Shown here one piece after another: positions 38,501-50,500 of a DNA stretch of 64,000 bases (position 1 is the stretch's first letter; the number at the start of each line of letters is the position of its first letter). The stretch covers positions 156,969-220,968 of the forward strand of contig CAJINV010000004.1 of NCBI GenBank assembly GCA_905178155.1, read 5' to 3'. A program made the position numbers and the translations under genes. Under the pieces are notes generated by a model. The model worked only from the letters and a program-made list of their open reading frames with translations, had not been told where the DNA came from and did no database searches. Source of the DNA: Amoebophrya sp. A120 (taxonomy: Eukaryota > Protista > Dinoflagellata).

Positions 38501-41500
38501 CATACGGCGCGCCCTGGAACACCTTGCGCGCCGTGCCTTGAAAATCACGCACACACCTGCAAAGAGGGCTGCGAATATCAAAATAATGAAAAATCCTTCC
38601 TTCCCATATCAAGACGGAAATCTGTAATGCGGGATTTGTGTAAGTAGACAGATCCTCTCTGTTTTGCAGTACAGGATGGCAGGCAGATGCGAAGTGTGGG
38701 CAGGCGTGTTCCGGGCTAGGCGCTTAGCACGACAAACGTCCTCCCTGTGGGTCGAACAGCCTCACAAACCGCCTGCGTATTGTGTTGTGGCATACTTCTT
38801 CACTTGCCCTCTTGCAAGACAGACGCGATTTGTGACCACGAAGCAGCATGACAAGTTCGGAGCTGCATGCTGTTTCAATATGGGCGGGAGGGGGGAGATT
38901 TCCCCGCGATAGCGCTAAAATGGGGACCACTTGGACGCACACCGAGTTGCGGGCGCATATGGATTGCAAAAATGTCTGGGTCTGGAAACTTGTAATGCTG
39001 CGTTGGGAATAATGAATGCTCTGTAATGCACAGCCAAGCATGAGAAATATCGTGCGCATCTTTGTGCTGCGTTTTTCTCATGACAAACTGTGTCTTTGCA
39101 TGACAGGCAAGAGGGTCTCTTCTTGGACACGCGTCACAAGCTTTTTGGTCATGCCAGACAAGCATGACGAATCTCGCAATCTTCCAGACCCAGACACTTT
39201 TGCATTTGATAGCGCAAGAAGAAGAGCGACGCGGAACCTACTGCTGCATCGTTATGGATTGCAAAAGTGTCTGGGTCTTGAAGAGTGGAACTTGTAATGC
39301 TGTCTGCGGATTCTAAAGATATCTGTGTTGCATGAGCAGCAAGAGGAGTCAGTTCTTGGCACGCGGAGAGGGCATTTCTCATGCGTAATTAGCATCAAGA
39401 AGCTCTCAAAAAATCTGTGATGCTAGCACCAGCATCACAGACCTCACGGGTCATGCAAAATGTGCATCACAAGTCCCGACTCTTCCAGACCCAGACGCTT
39501 TTGTAGTTGATAATCGTCTATCAGGGCCTAAATCCGGGCAAGATGATATGGAAGTGTCAGGATTGAAATCGACAAAGTTGAGATGATTTGTCATGCATAA
39601 AATGAATGCCAGTTGGAACCCAGTTTCCAAGCGGCGCGCAACAAATTTTGGTGGTGCCTAAATCCAGTTTGTAATGCTGTTTAGTCAATAAAGAAGGCTG
39701 ATAGATTCTCTCACGTTGCTTGAGCAGCTGGAGGTCTAACCCAAAACACGCTTAAGTACAATCGGCCTCACTTGCCTGCTCTGCAACAGCAACGCACGGA
39801 CTTCGCGTCATGCATTTTATGCGTGGCAAGTTAATATTTGAACTCTGACGAGTTCGAAGATCCTGACACTCGCATAGACGAAACTCGAGTCCGAGCGACG
39901 CAGGCACACTAACCCCGAGACGGTATCAAATGTAAAAGTGTCTGGGTCTGGAAGATTGCAAGGTTTGCCATGCACATTTTGCATGGCCCGTGATGTCTGT
40001 GATGTATGCACCAGCATCACAAATTTTTTGCTGGCATCTTGCTGCCTATCCCGCATGAAAAATCCCGTCAACGCGGGGCAAAAAGTGGAGGCCTCTTGTT
40101 GCTCATGCAATACATATTTTTTTGGATTCCAAAAATAGCATCACAAGTTGCATTCTTCCAGACCCAGACGCTTTTGCATTTGATAGACGGGTAGCGGGGA
40201 CGATGGATCTGCGAATCGTCGCCGTGAAGACAAGTGCAGGCGTATCAAAAGGAAAAATCCCCCCTCCCCATATCGAAACGAAGTTTCTGATGCTGGATTT
40301 GCGTACACAGATCATGTCTGTCTTGCTGGAGAGGACAGCAGGCTTATGCCAAGCCTGGGTCGAGAGGTTTTGACGTAGGGGACTAGCATGACAGATGTCG
40401 GCTCTGTAAGCCCAATAGCATCACAAGCCGCCGGCATAATGTGGCGGACTCTCTGGCTTTGCCTTCTTGCAAGACAGACATGTGAGCCAGTAATTACTGA
40501 TACCCCCGTAATATATTTGTATGCCAGTACACGAAGGGCCCTGCCCCTTCCTGTCCTAGAACAAACGCCACATACAAATCGCCAGTGCATATAAAGTGGC
40601 CACTTTGTCTGGCCCCTTCTGGTCCCGCCGGACCCTTCCAGCACTGGCCCGGCCGTCAAGTACGGGGCCCCCAGTAACTACTGGGGGCCCCGTACGCAAC
40701 TGGTCCTAAGATGCCCCTGCGCCCTCGTTTTATATTGCCCTGGTTTTGTCCGACTGCAATACGTGGCTGCGTAGCCAAAACAAAACGGCCACTGAGTGAA
40801 AAACATTGAAAAAAGAGCACCGCCGCGGTCTTCTCCACTTTCAGTAGACTCTGCAGCAAGAGCGCTAAGGAGCGAGAGAATTCTGCTAGCTACCAAAGCG
40901 CGCACGCGAAACACACTCGGCCCTTGTATGTTTTCGAAGCGCCGCCTGCAAGCGTGCCCCCACCGCCTGCTAACAAAATATCGATCCGCAATAGGTCCTC
41001 ACCGCGCGCGCGCCGCTAGTTTTTTTGGTTTAGCGCCCCTTTTCTCCGCTTGTGTTGCTCCTTGTGCGCAGTGCGCGCTCCGCAAGCCTCCCTTTGCGCT
41101 CTTCTGTTGTTCCGCGGAGCGATCTTTTCGCGCGCGGTGGATTGTGGCCTGTTTTGCGTCCGGCAGTGCCACACGACTCCGTTGTATGCGTCCGGCAGTA
41201 CATACAACAACTCCTTTTTTGTACAGTGTATTTCGGTGCTCCTCTCTCCTTTCGTATGTATTCTGGTCCTTTCGTATGTTGTAGGTACCCTTCGCGTACT
41301 GGGTGCCCTTCGTGTACTGGTTCACATGATATGTGACCTCAAATCTGCATCACAAATTTTCAGACGAATGCGTTTTCAATCTGGGGAGGGGGGATATTTG
41401 CTTGCGATAAGGCGGATTAATCGCGAGGCGCCCTACGAGAACGAGGACTGGACCGAGAATCCCGATTTAGAAGGCATAGGCTATCCACCTGAGAGTGCCG

Positions 41501-44500
41501 ACCCCATTCCCTGCAAAGCACCTAGTCGGAGGCGGCAGCACCATATCACAGGAAAAAAGTGTTACAGTTTACGCATTTGTTGTAATTTCAGCATCACAAA
41601 GTTGCTCTGCATGATCAAGGAATACTTTGATGTAATGCGCAGATTATAAGGGAAAACACGAGAGAAATGACGCTGGCAAACACTACCTGCATGACAGAGG
41701 TTGTCTGTCTTGCTTGTCTTGCATCAGAGTGTGTAACTGTAACACTTTTATTTTCTTGTGATACACCAAGTGTTTCCCGTGTCAGGGCTATGAAAGTGCA
41801 CAACTACTCCTCCTCCCCGTCATTTGTCATGCAAGTTCCCAAATCCAGGCTGTGCCTCTCAGCACTGTTTGCATGACAAGTTCTGGTAGCCGAAACAGCA
41901 CTACAATCCAGTGTGAATTTGTCATGCAAAACCGGCGCTCTTCTTCTTGCTGATGCTTGTGCTGCCGTTCATACTAAATAAATGAGGGAGAGAAGGACTT
42001 GTGCACTGTCATAAGGGCACTGGTGGAGTTACCTGCGCGACCTGGACTTCGTTCGAGGCCACATATTGAACCCCGATGAGGTATGGGGGTGCAACCAGGA
42101 TCGAAATTCAGAAAGTTGAAATGATTTGTGACGCATAAAATCGATACCAGTTGGAATCCAGTTTGTAATTGGTGCGTGACAAATTTTGGCAGCATTGAAA
42201 TTCAATTTGTCATGCTGTTTAGGTACAGAACGAAGGCTGCTTTTGTCGTGCTACTTCAGCAGCTTTATGCGAAACCCCAAACAGGGTTACAGTTGGCCTC
42301 TCTCGCAATCCCTGCAAGACAGTCACTTCATGCCTTGCGTTTTGTGCATTACAACTTTGTTGATTTCAATCCTGACACTCCCATATGAGGCGCGGTACGG
42401 GCAGCGGTTTCTGGCGCAGTCCGAGGCGGGGGCGCGGACCGCTACGGATGATCCCAATTTGCAGTTGCCGGCGCGGCCGTACGTGGTGCAGTACGGTACG
42501 TGGGGGTCCTGCGAAGTCTTCACGGACCCCGATTTCGAGTTCCGGAAGATACCTATTCAGGGGAAAAATCCCCCCTCCCCATACCAAAAAGGGACACTGC
42601 TGAATATTTGTATATGCTGATTTGTGGCCACAGATCGTCCCTGTATTGCAAGAGGGCAAAGCCAGAGACTCCGCCGCGTTATTTCGCAGGCACTTTGTAA
42701 CGCTGTACCGCCTACAGAGGACACGCCTGCCTTGCTAGGCGCCTACACCACAACGCCCCTACTCAGGCGCTGCATCTGTCTGCAGTCCTCTGCTGCAAGA
42801 CAGATGGGATTTGTGTACACAAATCCCGTATCGCAGATTTCCGTTTTCATATAATGGGGAGGGGGGATTTTTCACTTTGATAATTCCGAAGACCTTGAGT
42901 CCCAGGCCCGGACTCGTGGAGTCTGTCTATCTATTGTGAGGAAAAATCCCCCCTCCCCATACTAGACCGGGATACTTCTGAAAATTTGCGATGCTGATTT
43001 GCGACCACAATTCGTCGCTGTATTGCAAGAAGGCAAATCCAAAAACTTCGGCGCGTCGTCCTGCAGGCAATTTGTAATGCTGTATGGCCTGCGGAGAATG
43101 TGCCTGCCTTGCTAAGCGCCTACATCAAAACGCCGCTACTCCGGCTGAGCATCTGTCTGCAATCCTTTACTGCAAGACAAAGCCGATATGTGTACACAAA
43201 TCCCGCATCACAGATTTCCATTGCGATATGGGGAGGGGGGATTTTTCCTTTTGATACTATCAGGCTGGCGGCGAGCCGGACAGCGTGGAAGCCGATAAGG
43301 AGTGCGCGCTGCAGTGCTTTCGTGAGGTCGCGTGCAATATCAAGTGTAAAAATGTCTGGGTCTGGAAGAATTCATGTTTGTCATGCTTGTCTGGCATGAC
43401 TCTTAAATCTGTCATGCACGTTACCCAAGAGCTGCGTTTTTCTGTGATGCAGAAGCGCAGTTTGTCATGCAGAATAGGCAACACCTAGGAGCTCAGAAAC
43501 TTGTCATGCTGAGCCAGCATTTGTGGCCTCATCATGAGACGCCACCCAGCAGCACAAGTTTCCAGACCCAGACACTTTTACATTTGATATGCAACGCGTT
43601 CGCGCGGCCCATTGCGGATGTCACATGCTGCGTGCTATTCGTATCAAAAGGAAAAATCCCCCCTCCCCACATCAAAACGAAATTTCGGATGCTGGATTTG
43701 AGTACACAAATCAGGTTTGTATTGCAGGAAAGCATTGCAGTCAGATCCCCAGGCTAGGGGAAGGGCGTATGCGTCTAGTTGTTCAGCATGGCAAGCGGCT
43801 CCCCTTTAGGCCCAACAGCATGACAAATCGCTTCCATAGTGGGGCGGAAGCTTCTGCCCTTGTCTTCTTGCAATACAAATGCGATTTGCGACCTCAAATC
43901 AGCAACACAAATTTTCGGAAACATACCTTTTCGATATGGGGAGGGGGGATTTTTGCTTTTGATAATTCGAGCTCGCCCTTTACGACCCCAGTGGGAAGAG
44001 CAACCAGGTGCTGGGTGAGGATATGGAAGTAGCGTCAGGCTGGAAACTTCTTGCAGACGGCAAATATTTTTACCTATATCATGTAGAAAATTTTTTGCTA
44101 TGCATGTTGGACGTCCTGGGGTGCGACATCCTAGATGGCAGTGCGCTTGTGTGATAAATGCAGATGAGATCATGATGATGATGTTGACAATGACTACGGC
44201 AGAAGTTGTCCCAGTTGCGAGACAGGGGGTGGTGGATTCTAGACCAGTTGAGAGCAGTCCTCGTCAAGAAGGGACATGGAGGCACTGCCTAGCATGACGC
44301 TGACCCACGTCCTTGCCCTAAGTACTTAGTGGTCGGCCCCGATTTATTATTGCGCCAAGTGTACTAGGCAGGAAAACGAAAATTTGATGTCACGACCGTG
44401 CGCCGCCCACCCGAAATAAATTGAGGACCCAAGTTCATCTTCATCTGAAAAGCACGAAAATAAGGGAATGATCGATTATAAATTACAATAAATACATGCA

Positions 44501-47500
44501 TGAGAAATAAAATCGAATTGAGTTTTTAGTAATTGCCACTCAGACCTCGATTTTCAGCCTTGCAACTGCTCGACATGGGAGATTAAACAGCTGAAGGATG
44601 TAGACGGTAACCCCAAAACGGACGCGGGTGGAAATGAGCTAAAAGAGACCGTTACAACAGGCGATGTCGATTTATGGGACTCTCAAACGTTACATTCTCA
44701 ACTGTTATATGAATTACTATCTAAACTGCAGCAGCTGGTCAAAAATGCATGCGAGGGGTATGTTCGGGGGCATGTTCGGGGGTGTGTCAGGGGTATGCAA
44801 ATGGCAGTCAGTCACGACCTGAATACAAATTTTTGGCGAAAAAGCAGAAGGTGGGGTATAAACATACCCCAGACACACCCCAGACACACCCCAGACATAC
44901 CCCAGACAGACCCCCGAACACACCCCAGGCAAAAAGTCCGAACATACCCCAGACACACCCCGGACACACCCCGGGCAGACTTTCGGACACACCCCGGACA
45001 GACTTTCGGACACACCCCGGCCAAACTTTCGGACTTTGTCACGCGAGGTTTGGCCCCGAAGTCCAGTCTGTCACGCGTCGCGAGACGGACCGCGCGGCCA
45101 CGGGGCGAAAGCCCTAGGCCAGCGCGGGGACTTGGTCCCCGCGTCATGGCCTGCAAGTGCTTCCCGGACACCGTGCGGCCACGGGGCGAAAGCCCTAGGC
45201 CAGCGCGGGGACTCGGCCCCCGCGTCATGGCCTAGGGGTCAGCTGCAAGCGCTTCCCGGACACCGTGCGGCCACGGGGCGAAAGCCCTAGGCCAGCGCGG
45301 GGACTCGGTCCCCGCGTCATGGCCTAGGGGTCAGCTGCAAGTGCTTCCCGGACACCGTGCGGCCACGGGGCGAAAGCCCTAGGCCAGCGCGGGGACTCGG
45401 TCCCCGTGCCATGGCCTAGGGGCCAGCAGCAAGTCCTTCCGTTCCCGGACACCGTGCGGCCACGGGGCGAAAGCCCTAGGCCAGCGCGGGGACTCGGTCC
45501 TCGCGTCATGGCCTAGGGGTCAGCTGCAAGTGCTTCCCGGACACCGTGCGGCCACGGGGCGAAAACCCTAGGCCAGCGCGGGGACTCGGTCCCCGCGTCA
45601 TGGCCTAGGGGTCAGCTGCAAGCGCTTCCCGGACACCGTGCGGCCACGGGGCGAATGCCCTAGGCCAGCGCGGGGACCCGGTCCCCGCGTCATGGCTTAG
45701 GGGCTAGCTACGAACACTCTCCGGACACCACGCCCCGCGGTCAAGAAAGCACGGGGCGAAGGAAATCCCTAGGGCAGAAGTGTGGGGATTCTGTCGCCGC
45801 GTCATGACTTGCGGGCCGGCTCGCTCCAGACCCGCACCCGGCGCCAGTTTCTTCTTTTCTTACTTTCAATTATCTTTGCGCGCGGCAGGTGAACGGACCT
45901 AGTGCGCGCAAGCAAGGGAGCCGCGTCCGCAGGCCCGTCGCGGGTCAGTGAATGCAAGGCGCGCCGAGATACCTAGCTGCAGGCGACCTGCCTGCCCAGT
46001 GCCACCGCGCAGGCAGGCAAATGCCGGAAGGTCGCCGCACGGGGACTCTGTCACTGTCCCCGTGCTCGGACCTTGTTTGTAATGCAAGAACCGCAACAGT
46101 CAAAGGGGCAAGCTTGGTGCTTTCGCATCACAGATTTGGCACAGATTTAGATGCTGCCTAGAAGGCCTCCGGAGATTTATTGTCATGCCAAGCAGCTTGA
46201 TGATCTTGCCGCTTACGGTAGTTTTGCATGACAAATGCATGTAACAGTTGAGAATTATGTAACGGTTGAGAACTCCATACGATTTTGTGGATCCGCCTGC
46301 CTTCATCTATGACGACAATCTGGACAAGGTCAGCGGTCCCTTCGCGCTTGCAAATCGCGAGGTTGTTATTGGTATCCTGGGTAAAAGTATTGTACTCGTA
46401 GTTATCGCAATCATGCATTGCAAATTTCCATTCCAAGGTAAAACAGCATAATATATTTACATTTGTCATGCTGGGTGCCCGAATTTGTGATGCGGTTTCT
46501 ACTAGTGCGATGCTTTTGCAATGCATAATTGGCGCACGCTACACCGCCCGGCTTTTTAAATTGGGGTACGAAGATATGAGAGTGCACAACTTCCCCTCCC
46601 CCTCATTTGTGTTGCATGAACAGCAAAACAAGCGCTGGCAGTAAAGATGCAACTTTTGCATGACAAATTCCTCGGTGAACGTAGTGCTCCTGATTTGGCA
46701 GCTTTCGGAATCTGTCATGCAAAGAGTGCTAACAGGCAGAAGGTAGATTTGGGATTTTGCATGACAAATGAGGGGGAGGAGGAGCTGCGCACTGTCATAG
46801 AAGATCTCGGGGGCGTGGAAATGCAGCCGTTCGATCCGAGCTCGGGAATGGTATCCTGTGCAAATAAAGTATCGTATTCGTATATATGCAAGTCTTGCAT
46901 TACAAATTTTTTTCTCAAGGTAAATCCGCATTACAAATTTTAATTCTCACGCTGAGGAAATTTGTCATGCATTTATACGAGTGCGATACTTGTTTTGCAG
47001 TTCATAAATGGTGAATCATCGCGATCTATAAAATGCAAATATGTCTTGGTCTGCAAGAGTGCATTTTGATTTTTGTCAGGCAGGGTTTCCATGGCCCACG
47101 AGGTCTGGCATCATGTGGGACAGAGCGTGACAGATCCTGTGAGAGTAAGTTCTATCATGCCAATCCTGTATGAGAAACTGCCTCTCGTCGTCGATTAGGT
47201 CAAAAGTGGACAGCTTTCGGTAATCATGCAACACAGATTTTTACATGCTTCAGTTGTAGCATGACAAGTTGCTTTGTTCCAGACCCAGACATACTTACAT
47301 CTGATACGATCCTGCTCGGAAGAATTACGACGCCATATCAACAGTCAATTTCCCGTACACGTACAAATGCGGTCTCTGCATGACAAAAATTGGCTTTGGT
47401 CCTAGTTTAGCATGGCAAGTTTTACTCTCGAAATTGGTGAAGTTTGTGATGCATCCTGTACATGTACGGAAAATTTGTATTGTATACGCCAATCACATAT

Positions 47501-50500
47501 ACAACGGCAGTCCCGACATCGGGTGCGTGCGGCTTTCGAACACAGACATTCGGCCGACCCCCATATCAAATGCAAATATGCCACCTAGAGGGTCTGGAAG
47601 ATTGCTAGGTTTGCCATGCAGGCTTTCCATGACCACCCACGAGGGCTGGCATAAGCATGCCCACGCCGCTAGCATGACAGAAGATTCCGTGAGGTCTCTA
47701 CCATCCCTCTTCTGCATGATGAGAAACCGCCTCTAAGCTTGATGTTCTTTCAAAAGGGGGCAACTTTTGGCAATCATGCAACACAAGAATTTTTTTTTCA
47801 CGATCTAGGGTGGTTCCAGGTTCGAGATTTAGCATGACAAGTTACACTCTATTATTCGAGACCCAGATCGATATTTGCAATGCATACCCCGGGATCTCGC
47901 GCCACTTCACCTATGGCAGCGCGCAGGATAAAGCGCTTGACGGTGGAGGTGGCAACGGCAGGCGGCGGTATCACAACCCGATGCAGTATCGTGTGGGCTT
48001 CAATGACCTGCTCTATCCTGTTTAAAAACGTCCCAGCCCGCCCAGAGGTGCCACAGCAAACTTCACGACATGTTATGAACGGACAAAATACAACTTGACG
48101 TTGACCCCAGTTGTAATAGCATATACTGTTACCAGAATGAAACGAGCGACCTACGAGAATGACGCAGCAAACGGGGCGCCACCCGCTTCCAACTTTTCCC
48201 GCTCCGGACGGGGTAGAAGCTGCACTTTTCACGGGGCTTCTGCCCGTTTTTTCGCGCAAAGCTGCTTGCTTTTACACGCGGTTTTTCTCCACTGACTCGA
48301 GCGGTCGGGTGGAGAAAAACCGCATTTCAAATTCGCAAAACCGGCTGGATTTGGATGCGGTTTTTCTCCACGTAGGAGAAAAACCGCATCACAAATTCGC
48401 AAATTTCGATGCGATCTTTCTCCCCCCGAGGTCTCGGGCGGAGAAAGACCGCACTACAAAAGACCCGAGCTCCGGTTGTTCTCCGCATTACAAATGCGGA
48501 AAACCCGGGCTCTCGGCATTACAAATCCCCCTTTCGCCACAAGCGGCTGCTACCGCACCGTCGTGCGTAACCTTTTGCGCGATTCTATCATCAAGCTACA
48601 AAATAATTCACATTCCCCCACACACGTATCGATAGCATCGGGCATTAGGTTATGCTGCATGGTATCGCTGCGTGCGAATTTCCCTTGCAGCCATACCATG
48701 CGGCATTAGGTTATGCGCGAACTGTGGTTGTCTTTTTCTCCCCCGTTGGGCGTTGTGCAGGTTCTTTTCCCCCCCAAACACGACCGGACTGCGGGAAAAG
48801 TTGTGGCTTAGGGTGGAGCCGCAAGTTTTCGATCGTGTAATAGATGAGCCCCGCCCAACTTGTTTCGTCCGCCTGCTTGTGCTTCTCGGATATACAAACC
48901 ACTGCCAGTAGGATGGGATATACAAACCACTGCACGCCCCAGCCCGCTCAGAGTTGCCACAGCAGACTTCAGCTTCGCGACCTGTGGCCACGACATCTAC
49001 CCTGGTAGATTCTTTTCGTGGAGTGATTGGAGGGGGTTCTCCCCCCGTTCTGTTTTGTATATGGGCTGGCAGATCCCTAGAAGCTAATGCCTGGAGTTGT
49101 TGGTCTTCCGCCCCTTAGAGTGGGGCTGTAGAAGAAGTCAACGCGGACGGAGTCCACCGTTTGCGGGATTGGATGGTTTGGGGCTGGATTAACTTCTTTT
49201 CTAGAAGTTTTGTACTAGGTAGACTGCGGTCGTTCATCTTGCGTAGGAATGAATGGTAGCAAGCGTGCTCTGAGTGCACCAGTGCCATTCCGCCTGGAGG
49301 GCGCTTCCCGGCGGGGAAGAGTGTGCTAGGAGGTTTGCGCTAGAATGACTAGCAGCAAGGGCAGTGCTCTGAGTGCACCAGTGCCATTCCGCCTGGAGGG
49401 CGCTTCCCAGCGGGGAAGAAAGTGGTAGGAAGAATTCGGCGGGAAGAATGGCAGCAAGCGTGCTCTGAGTGCGCCTGGGGGTCTGGTTTGTGACCTCCCA
49501 AACTTTCTGTGGTATTTCTTTTTGGCCTTGCGAGAGGTAGTGCGGATCCCTGCAAGTATGTGGGGCCGTGCGGGTAGCGTCCATGCTGCAGCCGGGTTGT
49601 GGCTGGCCTGCCGAGTCCTTACGCACTTCTATTGGGAGTGCTGCTGTATGTTGGGGTCTGGCGTCCGTACCTTTCGAGGCTATCCTGGGGATCAGGACCG
49701 CCCCTTCCTTGTCGCGCTCGCGCAACTCTTAGTTCTTCTACACCAGGGGGGCTCTGCTCTGTCTTCGGTCTCGCCTTGCTTTGGGAACAGGGGTCGTCTG
49801 GCACAGCAAACTTCCGAAGCGCAGGGGTTTCAAAACGTGTGGCGCAGGGGTTTCAAAACGTCCCAGCCCGCCCAGAGTTGCCAAAGCAAACTTCGCGACA
49901 TGTGGCCACGAGGACACAGAGTTGGTTCGGCGACAGCTTCTCTTTTACTTCCATCGAAGTTTCAAACTTTTCCGTGCTTTAATTTGGTCTTTTCGACGTT
50001 GACTTTTCAGCACATAGTTGTAGCGACGCAGAGTTGCATTTACAGAAAAAGTTGTAGTGCTAGTGCGCATCTCCATGATGAGAGCCATCCCTTCTCGTCC
50101 CACTGTGTATCGGTATCTGTAGTGCTGTAGACAGGATAAGCGCATGGCTTTGTGGTGCGTAGTCCTACTTGCTAAACTTGTTAGTACAAAAGGAAAAACT
50201 GTCATGTGTGAATCGCAAAGCTTCTCGATTTGTGTTGCAAAGTGCGCAACTTGACTCTTAGTTGGGGGCGTTTTTACACAGGATATGCTCGAAGATAGTG
50301 CTAACCTTGACGATTGGAAGCGGGCGTCGATCATGGCTGCGGACGTGGGGGCCCACAAAAAGAGAACCATGGACAGCTCGGACACTAATCCGAATTACAA
50401 AACGTCAGCCGACGAAACCGACGTATTTGGAAAGGGGTTGCTGGAAACAGGAGGTTACACAGATACAGGCGACAACGACCAGCTTGTCGAGGCTGCTAAT

